Origin: a virus
Virus record (IMG/VR): IMGVR_UViG_3300037882_001492
Location: 54,191 to 118,190 of that record
DNA: 64,000 nt
Direction: 5' to 3' (one strand)
How positions within the stretch are numbered: the first letter of the stretch is position 1; every line of letters starts with the position of its first letter. Below, piece by piece: positions 1 to 9,360 of this stretch. The notes under the pieces were generated by a model. The model worked only from the letters and a program-made list of their open reading frames with translations, was not told the origin of the DNA and made no database searches. Made by a program: the position numbers and the translations under genes.

Positions 1-1
1 A

Positions 2-736
2 CTGTTTTGACGAATTAGAAAATTGATATGATGATTTTATCAAACACCCATCCGTGTCAATTAGACCGGCCAACAATTCTAATCTATTTTTTCTAGAGTT
101 TATTAAATATTGTTTTGGAATAAATTTATTTTTACAAGAAACTTTATAAAGTTTATAAAATTTAAGTTTTTCAATAATCGGGTTTTTAGATGGGCCGGAA
201 TTAGGTTCAAGCCCTGCACTATATGTGCTGGCTTTACTTCCTTGTTTTCCGTATGCATTAATGTGCAGTTTTTCCTCCCCAACACTAAGACAATAATTAG
301 AAAAATATTCCCTAATTTCTTCGTCCATAGTTATAATCCTTGGAGTTTTTAAAAGGGAACCGTCCCCTAACATCGCTCCAATAAAGTAAGGCTCTAATAA
401 AACTTCCGCATGTGGAAACTCTACCTCACTTCTATACAAATTATAATCATATTTCTCTAAATCATATAATGAATCATAATCTTTAACTTTAATTGTTAAA
501 AATTCTTCTCGCTTCTTAAGACGATTAGTTTTTAAGTGCAGCAAATGGTCTGTGGTTACTGTTATTTCTTTCCCATTCTTAGGAATTATTTTAACCATTT
601 CACTTTTACCGCGAAATAACTTTATAACATTTCTTTCTTTAGAGTCCGGTCCCATTAATTTATCCCCAAGTTCTACATCCTCAACATTTTTTATAGAACC
701 GTCAAACATCAAAACTTTAGTACCAGATGCGTAACA
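2..736 (-). mobile_element. Intein with LAGLIDADG homing endonuclease in the glycosyltransferase (partial)
   Basis: Block A CYASGTKVLMFDGSIKNVEDVELGDKLMGPD starts at 736, block B VTTDHLL, and LAGLIDADG motifs PYFIGAMLGDG and LLAGLIDTDG. Confidence 0.93.
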
Positions 737-1645
737 TTCTGCAACTTTGATATCGGATTTTGAATCGTTAAAGAAATTATATTGTAATGGGGCAATAGCA
801 ATATCAATATTACTATAGAAGATGCCATACTTATCAATCGGTTGCGCCCAAAAGATTTCTACATTTGATCGTTTAGATCCAGCAGTTAGAATCTTTTGGT
901 AATTGTCCCAAACATCACTTTGCCAATCTTTTTTAGCACCAGGAGGAAAAAAAGGTCTTCCAAAGAAATTCCATTTAACTTTTTCAGGTCCAACTAACTG
1001 ATTTACAGCCAGCATTGTACCTTTAAATTCTTTTACATCTTCCTCATGGTGGATTCCGCCTACCCAACCAATTCTAACGGGTTTAGACTGATTCTTTGGT
1101 GCATTCCAATTCGGAAGGTTGTAATCAATAGCATTTTTAAGGATCGCTAAGGCACCAGATTTAATATAAGGTTTTACTCGCTCAGCAAACTTTCTTTGAG
1201 TTACAGTAACAAGATTTGAATGCTCATAAAGTAATTTAGTTAATTCGTCTAATTTCTTTTCTTTATAGGCAGCATAATGTCTATGCCCTTCGTATAAATC
1301 AGTAAGTAAATCATCTGTATCAAAATGATGGATTTTGCCTCTCTTTCTAGTTTCGTCTAATAATTGAACATTATATTGTGGTCCGAAATCGTGAATATTG
1401 CAAGTAAACACAATATCAGCCCATTCAATATCGGGAACTTTACTATCTGGATTTACAAAGATTTGAGTTCCTTCACCTTGCCGCCACTCTAAAGGATTTT
1501 TATTGAAGCGAACTTCGATATAATCAGATAGAGCTTCCTGTATTTTTTTACATGGAATAATAACCCGATATTGAGCGCACCCCCCTTCATTCGGAGGAAC
1601 AGCTAATAGGCGTAATTTTCTTGGAAGTTTAGGTAAATCTTGCAT
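2..1645 (-). CDS. GT-B (GT4-like) glycosyltransferase containing an intein; 3' end runs off the window (absent from the ORF track)
   Basis: Manual translation from ATG 1645: MQDLPKLPRKLRLLAVPPNEGGCAQYRVIIP...HFDTDDLL...RIGWVGGIHH...IDIAIAPLQYNFFNDSKSDIKVAE. These motifs are typical of phage GT-B glycosyltransferases. No in-frame stop was seen down to position 2. Confidence 0.85.
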   Translation of the reverse strand, partial: MQDLPKLPRKLRLLAVPPNEGGCAQYRVIIPCKKIQEALSDYIEVRFNKNPLEWRQGEGTQIFVNPDSKVPDIEWADIVFTCNIHDFGPQYNVQLLDETRKRGKIHHFDTDDLLTDLYEGHRHYAAYKEKKLDELTKLLYEHSNLVTVTQRKFAERVKPYIKSGALAILKNAIDYNLPNWNAPKNQSKPVRIGWVGGIHHEEDVKEFKGTMLAVNQLVGPEKVKWNFFGRPFFPPGAKKDWQSDVWDNYQKILTAGSKRSNVEIFWAQPIDKYGIFYSNIDIAIAPLQYNFFNDSKSDIKVAECYASGTKVLMFDGSIKNVEDVELGDKLMGPDSKERNVIKLFRGKSEMVKIIPKNGKEITVTTDHLLHLKTNRLKKREEFLTIKVKDYDSLYDLEKYDYNLYRSEVEFPHAEVLLEPYFIGAMLGDGSLLKTPRIITMDEEIREYFSNYCLSVGEEKLHINAYGKQGSKASTYSAGLEPNSGPSKNPIIEKLKFYKLYKVSCKNKFIPKQYLINSRKNRLELLAGLIDTDGCLIKSSYQFSNSSKQ

Positions 1646-1683
1646 AAAAAAAATAGGGGAGACTCTTTGTTAAAATCTCCCCT
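1646..1683 (-). terminator. Rho-independent terminator after gp32
   Basis: AGGGGAGA...TCTCCCCT stem followed by a T8 tract that directly abuts the glycosyltransferase ATG. Confidence 0.85.
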
Positions 1684-1699
1684 CAAAACCATCAAAATC

Positions 1700-2509
1700 T
1701 TAGGCTTCCATGTCGTCCAAGGACTCAGAAAATTCTTGGTCATCAGACCCGACAGCAGCCGCAGCAGCGGATACAGGAGCCGCAATTCCCAACATTTCAG
1801 CCCTATATTGGTCCCTCTTGGCATCAGCCACCGCTCTAACCTCTTCAAAGGCAGGAAGTTTAATCAAAACACTTAAATCGTGTCTTTGAGCAAGGATATT
1901 AGCAATCTCTTCTTCGCTTTCCGCTAACGGAGTAGATTTAATTCTAAACGAAGATTTATCGTAATTATTGTAACCAGCGACCTTTTCCATTTTCAGGTTA
2001 AAGTCCCATCCCTTTTCAGTATCGAAAATATAAGTCTCTCCGTTACCAAAATCTTCGTCAAACATTCCATCAAGAATCTTTTGGAAGATTTTAACTCCTT
2101 GGCTAAGGATTTTGACTTTTGAATCTCTACGATCATAGACATTGAAATAGTAGCGATCAGATGCGCCTAAGCCATTCTTGAATAAGAAATCTCGTTTTGC
2201 TTCTCCAGCAGGAGTTTCTTTTCCATCGTTATTGATATCTTTCCAGATTTCAAAATATAGTTCGCACAGAGGGCATTTTTCATCATGCTTTCTCAAGCAA
2301 TGAAAGTTATTCTCTCCGACTTTGTGAATTGCAGTTTCAGCGTAAAATTGTTCGGGATTTGGATTTCCAGGAAGAATTCTCAAGGAAGCAGATTCTTTCT
2401 CCCCGATTTGAACGAAATTCTCAAGGAAGTTTCCGCCCGAACCTTTGTTTGCAAGTTTCTCTTTCTTCTTTCGAAGTTCTTCCATAAAGTTAGGTGTTAG
2501 TTTAGCCAT
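1700..2509 (-). CDS. Single-stranded DNA-binding protein (T4 gp32-like)
   Basis: LRILP, CPLCE, RYYFNV and NYDKSSF motifs, acidic C-terminal tail, adjacent to uvsY and the helicase. Confidence 0.88.
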   Translation of the reverse strand: MAKLTPNFMEELRKKKEKLANKGSGGNFLENFVQIGEKESASLRILPGNPNPEQFYAETAIHKVGENNFHCLRKHDEKCPLCELYFEIWKDINNDGKETPAGEAKRDFLFKNGLGASDRYYFNVYDRRDSKVKILSQGVKIFQKILDGMFDEDFGNGETYIFDTEKGWDFNLKMEKVAGYNNYDKSSFRIKSTPLAESEEEIANILAQRHDLSVLIKLPAFEEVRAVADAKRDQYRAEMLGIAAPVSAAAAAVGSDDQEFSESLDDMEA

Positions 2510-2510
2510 G

Positions 2511-2948
2511 TTAAGTTGTTAATTTGATTTCAGCCCTTCTGTTACTGCTGGCCTGAACAAGCATATCTTTTAATGTCTCGACTGAGGCATATAAATTTTT
2601 ACATAGGAAAAAACGATATTCCTCTGTAAGTAACCCTCTGTAAGATTCTTTTACTTTAGGGTCAAGGATAGACAACGATTCTAATTTAGCATCACTAAGT
2701 TTAGAAGAAGAAGATTTAATGGCATCAGCCTTAATCTGCGACACAATCTCATCATGATCTATTCGTCTTGAGTCATAACGATTCTTAGCATATGCAAGAA
2801 CCGCACCAAGAAATGCATGATAAGCAGCGACTTCTGTAATTCGTTTATCTAAGGTTTCTTCATTGAAAGATAACAAGTTAGTGATTAAAGTCTCATAACG
2901 ATCTTCAATGTTGGTATAGAAGTTTTTGTAGGTTTCGATAGGTAGCAT
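2511..2948 (-). CDS. uvsY: Recombination mediator UvsY-like
   Basis: 145 aa helical protein ending KDMLVQASSNRRAE, located between the SSB and helicase genes. Confidence 0.65.
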   Translation of the reverse strand: MLPIETYKNFYTNIEDRYETLITNLLSFNEETLDKRITEVAAYHAFLGAVLAYAKNRYDSRRIDHDEIVSQIKADAIKSSSSKLSDAKLESLSILDPKVKESYRGLLTEEYRFFLCKNLYASVETLKDMLVQASSNRRAEIKLTT

Positions 2949-2950
2949 AG

Positions 2951-3316
2951 TTATTGGGTTATAATATTATAGTGTTTATTTCGGGATTTACAAAATTCAT
3001 AGTAGGAATTGAAATTTTCGCGGTAAACAAAGAAGTAAGTTTCGTCAGTTGAGTTGATTAAATGTTCTACAAGTCGCGGGTAAGTATAAGTATCTATGTC
3101 TGATCTTGTGAAAAGAAAACAAGCAATACCCCGTTGTTTACAAATTTTTTCTATCTGTTTAAAATATGGTCCTTTCGCAATCAATACGATTTTGTAATGT
3201 GATGGAATCTGATTAACCAGATACGATACATTCTCTTTCGTCGGATATGAGTCAGACAGGATAATACTCACCAACTTAGAAGTATAAGAATCGAAATGAA
3301 GTTTGTCTCTATGCAT
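2951..3316 (-). CDS. Hypothetical protein, possibly a degenerate SLOG/YspA-like fold
   Basis: Coupled ORF. The pattern IAKGP...KQRGI...LINSTD..YFF...KSRNK only loosely resembles SLOG proteins. Confidence 0.5.
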   Translation of the reverse strand: MHRDKLHFDSYTSKLVSIILSDSYPTKENVSYLVNQIPSHYKIVLIAKGPYFKQIEKICKQRGIACFLFTRSDIDTYTYPRLVEHLINSTDETYFFVYRENFNSYYEFCKSRNKHYNIITQ

Positions 3317-4607
3317 CTTGCATCACCATTTTACTTGCTTCAATTTTAATGTTATGGACAAACTTAGAAACCCCATTTCTGTTTTTGATAATAAACAATC
3401 TAGCTTTTCCTTCTTCTTTCTCTGCTGTAGTTTGATTGATCGAGAAGATAAACTCACATGGACGAAGCTTGCCATACGAATCTCCGACTTCTCTTTCAGT
3501 AATAATAGTAACCTTGTGGGCTTCTCTATTAGTTTGTGTTGCGGTCCAAACTAACATTCTAGATTGAATCGCTAATCCTCTTAGATGTTCAACGGTATCT
3601 TGTTGAGCCTCATAAGTGGCTTTTTCACCTTCGGACATTAAATCAAGGTAATCAATAATCAATACATCAGGAACAAAATTCTCATAGTTTTTCAACTGTT
3701 GCAGGTATGCCCTAAGTTGAGACATTGATAAACATTTGGTCGGAAACTGTTTAACTTTAATCTTACCTAATGGGAATCCTTTCGTTTCAATAAGTTTGTT
3801 GTTAATTAATGACAGACGATATTTAATGTCCGATACGCGATTCTTTAACTCTGTTATGGGAATTCGTGTGAAACAAGAGTCTATGCGTTGTTCGATTCTA
3901 TCTTCACTCATTTCCAAAGAAATATAAGCAACATTCAAACCTTCTTTTGCCGACTCTACTGCTTGATTAACAAGATAGATTGATTTACCTACTCCTGTTG
4001 GTGCAATTACCATTGCAATCTCACCACGACCAAATCCACCTTCATCTAACTGTTCATTAAGTTTCTCAAATGGTGTGCGTCCAATACAATTTTTAGTGCT
4101 TGTAAGACGCTGGTATCGTGATTCAAAATCCTCCCCATAATATGAACCTAATTCAAGGGAACGGCCAACTTGTAAAGCGGCGGAAACCCTTTCTCTAACT
4201 TTCTCGTAATGACCAGAATTTACTAGTTCAACAGATCCGATTAGGGCTTCTACCATCGCTTGCTTTTGAGCAAACTTCTCTACTTTATCTAAGAGATATT
4301 CTTTAGTAGAGTTAGCAGAAACATCAGTTGAATTAATGCTAGTAAGTTCTTGACGATAATCACCTAAAAACTCTTTTTCAGTCAATAAAGGTTTTAGGTC
4401 TTCAATGATTTGTGAATCGTCAGGTAAAGCACGATACTTATAGTAATAATCTCTAATTACTCTAAAGATTTTAGCATGAACATCTGATTCAAAATATTCT
4501 GGCTTTAACATTGCCAAAATTTGAGTCAAATAATCAATATCCGCCTTGCATAGGAACAGAATTGATCTTTGAATCCCTTCTTCGAAATCTAATGTGTCTT
4601 TAGTCAT
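3309..4607 (-). CDS. dnaB: Replicative DnaB-like helicase (gp41-like)
   Basis: Walker A APTGVGKS, ISLEMSE, Walker B LIIDYLD, TATQTNR and KNRNG. Confidence 0.95.
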   Translation of the reverse strand: MTKDTLDFEEGIQRSILFLCKADIDYLTQILAMLKPEYFESDVHAKIFRVIRDYYYKYRALPDDSQIIEDLKPLLTEKEFLGDYRQELTSINSTDVSANSTKEYLLDKVEKFAQKQAMVEALIGSVELVNSGHYEKVRERVSAALQVGRSLELGSYYGEDFESRYQRLTSTKNCIGRTPFEKLNEQLDEGGFGRGEIAMVIAPTGVGKSIYLVNQAVESAKEGLNVAYISLEMSEDRIEQRIDSCFTRIPITELKNRVSDIKYRLSLINNKLIETKGFPLGKIKVKQFPTKCLSMSQLRAYLQQLKNYENFVPDVLIIDYLDLMSEGEKATYEAQQDTVEHLRGLAIQSRMLVWTATQTNREAHKVTIITEREVGDSYGKLRPCEFIFSINQTTAEKEEGKARLFIIKNRNGVSKFVHNIKIEASKMVMQDA

Positions 4608-5146
4608 TAATTACCTGTTGAACCAAATCCCCCGGTTCCTCTCATATTATACCCTGCTTCCTTCGCTACCATAAGATCAAAATCCTCTTTACAAAAATAA
4701 ACGCCAGCTAAAGGTTCAAGCGTTTTTGGAATCATTTGTGCAATTCTTTCTCTTGCTTGAATTGTAATAACTTCGTTTGTGCAATTTCTGATTGCAAGTA
4801 TTACTTCACCTCTATAATCAGAGTCAATAATTCCAACTCCATTTGCGAGGGATAAACCTTTTTTACCCCAAGACGATCTAATGAATACTTCAAAGTAATA
4901 TCCTTGCGGTGGTTTGATAAAAGTTCCTGTTGAAACTATAGCAATTCTTCCAGGCTCAACTTGAATTGTATTCATCGAAATTAAATCAAATCCCGCAGAT
5001 CCAGGAGTTGCTTTTTTTAAAACTGGCCCTGTGTATTGGAAACATTTAATCGTTAATTCCTTAATTTCAACCTTATCAATATCAGGATATTTTTCTTCAA
5101 TTTCTGCAATATACTGCATTTTCTGTAAAGGGGTTAAATTATCCAT
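4607..5146 (-). CDS. dut: Trimeric dUTPase
   Basis: All five motifs present: AGFDL, RSS, GIIDSDYRGE, RIAQ and RGTGGFGSTG. Confidence 0.97.
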   Translation of the reverse strand: MDNLTPLQKMQYIAEIEEKYPDIDKVEIKELTIKCFQYTGPVLKKATPGSAGFDLISMNTIQVEPGRIAIVSTGTFIKPPQGYYFEVFIRSSWGKKGLSLANGVGIIDSDYRGEVILAIRNCTNEVITIQARERIAQMIPKTLEPLAGVYFCKEDFDLMVAKEAGYNMRGTGGFGSTGN

Positions 5147-5636
5147 TTGGTCTTTTTCCTAAAGTTGTTATTGTTTTATCAATGTTCTCTTCAACTGCTT
5201 TCGCAACATTTTGGGAGCGTTTAATTCTTTCGTGTACTTCTTTTCCTTTTACTCGTTTCAAAGTACCTTCCTGCTCAAAATATTCATAATCCATTTCATA
5301 TTTGGAATAAGGTGAAATTCCTTTCTTACCTTCTAATATTTCTTGTGAGTTTTTAATCTCTGCTTGCTGAATTTCCTTTGTATAGGATTTTCTACTTTCA
5401 ACAGATCGAAACACTCGTTCTCTGAAATCTGATGACCTTGCTTGGCATAGAAACTTACCGAAACTAAGTTCCGCCAATTTACCACATTCAGGACATTCAG
5501 CATTAGCCGGAACTGTTAAAGGTGGTTCATCAAAATCCACTATGAATTTGTGTGGAATCATCGAACATTCATCGTTCTCACACCAAAAGTAGAATTTAGT
5601 TTGAATGAAATTTTCTTCTCCTGCTTTCATTAACAA
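5139..5636 (-). CDS. Zn-ribbon (FmdB-like) protein; start probably 5630
   Basis: CxxxxC...CPECG. The ATG at 5628-5630 forms a TAATG overlap with the upstream gene. Confidence 0.6.
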   Translation of the reverse strand: MLMKAGEENFIQTKFYFWCENDECSMIPHKFIVDFDEPPLTVPANAECPECGKLAELSFGKFLCQARSSDFRERVFRSVESRKSYTKEIQQAEIKNSQEILEGKKGISPYSKYEMDYEYFEQEGTLKRVKGKEVHERIKRSQNVAKAVEENIDKTITTLGKRPNG

Positions 5637-5929
5637 TCCTCTTCTTCGTTTCGTATCTTATCAGGAATTCCAACACATGATTCATTTACATAACTAAACT
5701 CATATTCTAGGTTAGAGCTACTATCTTGATTGTGTTTTCTATAACACAAAACCATGGGCATGTATTCTAAAAGAATTGCACCTTCAAGTCGTCTAAGAAT
5801 TTCATTAATTGCGGCAGTTCCGTATTCAGATGGGATATACCCGTCTTTATGTCTTTGTAATGTCCCGATAATTTCTAACAAAAGATTATCTTGTGTTAGT
5901 GGCCGTAAATAATTTACATTATTTTTCAT
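5630..5929 (-). CDS. Hypothetical protein
   Basis: 99 aa ORF filling the gap within the operon. Confidence 0.6.
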   Translation of the reverse strand: MKNNVNYLRPLTQDNLLLEIIGTLQRHKDGYIPSEYGTAAINEILRRLEGAILLEYMPMVLCYRKHNQDSSSNLEYEFSYVNESCVGIPDKIRNEEEDC

Positions 5930-5935
5930 ATTTTA

Positions 5936-8900
5936 TTATAATTCACAAACCCCATTTTTGCAAGTGTCCACAGAATCTACTACATCGACCAACTCACCTT
6001 CGATAATTAACTTGTCCAAGTCAACGGTTGCTGGATCAATTCTAGTAAGTGGTTCGTTTCCTCTGCTTCCTGCTTTATAGAAAGTGAAGCCTTTAATATC
6101 AGCAGCATAAGTAGTTAAAGTCTCTTGAATTTCGGGAGTCATTGTAAATGTCTCTGGTAGATTACAAGTTTTTGATACGGCTGAATCAATGAATTGTTGA
6201 ATAGTGGCTTGCATTTTAATGTGTTCTTCGGGAGTAACATCGTATGCACCGACTACATGTTCAACATTCTTTCCTTTCAAGTAAAGGTATTTAAACAACG
6301 GATCAACTACGATCTTTTCATTCCACACACTTCCAACCGTAGTGCGCCATCTACGCTTATAAATCGGAGAAAATATAGGCTCAATTCCTGTTGAAACCCC
6401 AAGCACCATTGCCGTACTTCCAGTAGGAGGAACAGTTAGTAATACCGCGTTTCTTAATCCGTTTAGTCTAATTTCTGTTCTAAGTCTAGCCGGTAAGGTT
6501 TTAAAATACTTCTCTTTTCTGAGTTTAGACCAATCATAAGCCTCAAACGAACCTTTATGTCTAGCCAAATTCATAGATGCTTTATAGGCCTCATATCGAA
6601 TAGTTTGAAACAGCCTTTCAGTAAACTCCAAACATGCCTCGCTACCATAACGATAACCGGCTTTAATTAGCATATAATGAAATCCCATTACCCCTAATCC
6701 AATTCTACGACTTCGAATACCGGCTTCTTTACATTCTGGAATTGGAAAATGGTTTGCCGTTAAAACATCATCTAAAAATCTAACACCGATTCTAACAGTT
6801 CGTGCAAGCTTTTTCCAATCTATTTCTCCATCATCAGATACCATATTAGATAAATTAATATTTCCTAAACAACAGTTCGAATATGCAGGTAATGGAATTT
6901 CGCCACAATTTGATGTAAAACCATATTCTGTTAAAAATGTATGGGTATTGTCGTCAACGGTTATATCATAAACATCTTCATAAATCTCTGTAGCTTCAAC
7001 ATTAACAATTCTAAGATAATCTTTCTCTGTTTTTAGTTGTTGATTCACGATGGTTTGCAAAGCTTCGTGTTTTCTCAAATGCGTAAGTGATAATTTTGTG
7101 CCTAATTTTTTCGATTGAGCTTCACAAATATTCACATCGTAGCGAACAAAACTCTTTCCATTTAATAATGAAATAGACTTTCTAACTTGACAAGACACTC
7201 CGATACATCGAAGCAGTTTTTTAACATCAAACGCCAACTTTTCATGGCAAGTAGTTAAATTTACATAATTGCCACTATTTTTAGAGTCAGTTTTTCGAAT
7301 ACAAACATGACCGTCAGAAGAAAACAACCCATCCAAATAACCTAAAATAAAATCCTCTGATGCTGTCCAGATACATTCTGGAAGTCCATTCTTTTTACCT
7401 CTATGGCCGAGACTATAAAAATAATCACAAAATTCTTTTGAATTCACATACAATTCATAGCAGCCTTTATTTAATCTTAAACGAGAGATATTTTTTTTCC
7501 TGGAATTAACAAAATCAGCCACAATATTCGCAATACCGTTTTCTGAATCTTCCTGAGAAAAAATAAACCCATAATAAGGACCGTTCCGTTTGTGGATTCC
7601 AGACCACCCATCGCCGTAATTCCACCCCAAAACAAAACCTTCTTCGTATGTTAGTGTAGATTTTTTATTTCCAAAATGTGGAGATACGGGATGATAAATC
7701 AAATCTCCTATCTGGAGGTCAGAAGTTTCCTTTTTTCTTAAATCTCCACAGTCAATTGAAATTTTATTATCTCGCTTACAATTAATATTTCTTGTAATTA
7801 TAGGCCATTTATGGTCAGGAGTGCAAAAGACTTCTGATTTATCATTAAATGTAATTTTATATAATTGTTTATTAATTCCTGATTTAAAAACTTTACACGA
7901 AACTAATTCCCCTTTGTAGTTAACCACTTTCGTATAAGGGGTAGTTTCGGCAAGGTCTTTTATTTTAAACCATCCATTTTCAGAATACACTAGCGTATCC
8001 CAACGAAGAGACGGGTTTGTTTGTTGCATAGTCTCGAAATAAGATACATTAGTATGAGAATTAGCGAAATCTAAATTATAGATTCCAGGTTCCCCACACT
8101 CAGTAGCGTTTTTCAAAATACTATGCCACAAATCTTTAGCTTTTAATACGGTTTGAACTGGATCTTCGAAAGTATCTTTGAAATGTTTTACATAGTGAAA
8201 CTTAGCAACTCCCAAAGCATCTTCGGCGGTTTTAGCAACTACTTTAATACGATCATTGCCTAGTTCAGAAATTCTATTAATTTCAAAAACATAATATCGG
8301 ACATGCCTTCCACCAAAGGTAAAATACCACTCCTCATCTTTATGAACCGCTTCCATAAATCTATCTGTAATTGCAACAGAAATATTGAAATTAGTCAGTT
8401 CTTTGCGGTCTAATTTTACATTCAGAAACTCTAATAGATCAGGATGAGTGATATTTAAAATACTCATAAGGGCGACCCTGCGGCTCCGTCCGGCCATTAC
8501 ATGGTTACCGATTTCATTAATCATTTTCATAACAGAAATAGAACCCGGAGCAGAGTATTTAATATTTTGAATATCTTCCCCTTTTGGTCTAATTTCACTA
8601 AAGTTTAGACCCACACCGCCTCCACCACATGAAATCTTATACATGTCGGAAATTGTTTTTCCAATACTGTCAATATTGTCGTTTGGAGTTAACGCATAAC
8701 AATTCAACATATTGTTATTCAATCTCCCGGCACCAAATAGAATTCTACCTCCTGGACAGAAATCACCTGAATTTATAGCATCGTAGAACTTCCTTTCGTG
8801 AACTTCTCGTTCTTCTAAAGGTTCCGCCATCGCAACCGTTTTTGCAACTCGCTTGGCACAATCTTTCCATTCTTCTTCACCAGGAAAAGCATATTTGTCT

Positions 8901-8950
8901 TTGAATATTGTTTCTGCCAGACTTCCTGGTTGTATAACATAATTACTCAT
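5936..8950 (-). CDS. nrdJ: Ribonucleotide reductase, probably class II (AdoCbl-dependent), with intein
   Basis: PGGRIL, NCY, TNP|CGE split by the intein, RRIGLG, VPPTG, STGIEP and C-terminal CKNGVC. No ATP cone and no adjacent nrdB. Confidence 0.9.
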   Translation of the reverse strand: MSNYVIQPGSLAETIFKDKYAFPGEEEWKDCAKRVAKTVAMAEPLEEREVHERKFYDAINSGDFCPGGRILFGAGRLNNNMLNCYALTPNDNIDSIGKTISDMYKISCGGGGVGLNFSEIRPKGEDIQNIKYSAPGSISVMKMINEIGNHVMAGRSRRVALMSILNITHPDLLEFLNVKLDRKELTNFNISVAITDRFMEAVHKDEEWYFTFGGRHVRYYVFEINRISELGNDRIKVVAKTAEDALGVAKFHYVKHFKDTFEDPVQTVLKAKDLWHSILKNATECGEPGIYNLDFANSHTNVSYFETMQQTNPSLRWDTLVYSENGWFKIKDLAETTPYTKVVNYKGELVSCKVFKSGINKQLYKITFNDKSEVFCTPDHKWPIITRNINCKRDNKISIDCGDLRKKETSDLQIGDLIYHPVSPHFGNKKSTLTYEEGFVLGWNYGDGWSGIHKRNGPYYGFIFSQEDSENGIANIVADFVNSRKKNISRLRLNKGCYELYVNSKEFCDYFYSLGHRGKKNGLPECIWTASEDFILGYLDGLFSSDGHVCIRKTDSKNSGNYVNLTTCHEKLAFDVKKLLRCIGVSCQVRKSISLLNGKSFVRYDVNICEAQSKKLGTKLSLTHLRKHEALQTIVNQQLKTEKDYLRIVNVEATEIYEDVYDITVDDNTHTFLTEYGFTSNCGEIPLPAYSNCCLGNINLSNMVSDDGEIDWKKLARTVRIGVRFLDDVLTANHFPIPECKEAGIRSRRIGLGVMGFHYMLIKAGYRYGSEACLEFTERLFQTIRYEAYKASMNLARHKGSFEAYDWSKLRKEKYFKTLPARLRTEIRLNGLRNAVLLTVPPTGSTAMVLGVSTGIEPIFSPIYKRRWRTTVGSVWNEKIVVDPLFKYLYLKGKNVEHVVGAYDVTPEEHIKMQATIQQFIDSAVSKTCNLPETFTMTPEIQETLTTYAADIKGFTFYKAGSRGNEPLTRIDPATVDLDKLIIEGELVDVVDSVDTCKNGVCEL
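6908..8011 (-). mobile_element. 368-aa LAGLIDADG intein at the RNR thiyl-Cys (TNP|CGE) site
   Basis: Starts SLRWDTLVYSENG, block B CTPDHKW, GWNYGDG and LDGLFSSDG, ends DVYDITVDDNTHTFLTEYGFTSN|C. Confidence 0.95.
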
Positions 8951-9272
8951 TTACTTCTGCAAGCTCCGGTATATTTGGTAACTCTACATCAGTAATAACC
9001 GCATAAACATCATCATCGAAAAGAACAACCCAATTTGGATCTAATCTTCGTGTTTGGAATCGTCTGATAGCATTTCCTTCAAAGGTAATTAAACTTCCAA
9101 CTTTAATTGCTGGATTACATTTCTCACCTACAGATAATACAACCGCTTCTCCAATATGTTTATCTAATTCAGAATCAGGAAGTGCGATCCCTACTGACGA
9201 TTTAAAATTGCTTGCATGTCTGTTTTGTAAAACTCTGACAACAAGCCTGTTTCCAATTGCTTGAATTTCCAT
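8943..9272 (-). CDS. groES: Co-chaperonin GroES-like (functional analogue of T4 gp31)
   Basis: IQAIGNRLVVR, mobile loop SSVGIALPDS, AVVLSVG, IKVG and DVYAVI. Confidence 0.85.
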   Translation of the reverse strand: MEIQAIGNRLVVRVLQNRHASNFKSSVGIALPDSELDKHIGEAVVLSVGEKCNPAIKVGSLITFEGNAIRRFQTRRLDPNWVVLFDDDVYAVITDVELPNIPELAEVNE

Positions 9273-9293
9273 GTGTTTATATCTAGTCTAATT

Positions 9294-9316
9294 ATTATAC
9301 ATCCGACAGAGAATTT
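9294..9316 (-). promoter_or_regulatory. Putative promoter AAATTC-N11-TATAAT upstream of groES/nrdJ
   Basis: Same spacing as the two copies at 16648-16699. Flanked by CTAAATA (9343-9349) and CTAGATA (9280-9286). Confidence 0.6.
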
Positions 9317-9360
9317 CTGTAACGGTTTCTGAAAAATTGCAGTATTTAGGGTGCAATATC

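Noticed and set aside
103-734. ORF-track calls 103..285, 110..352 and 552..734
   Set aside because: These are alternate-frame or antisense shadows of the intein coding sequence.
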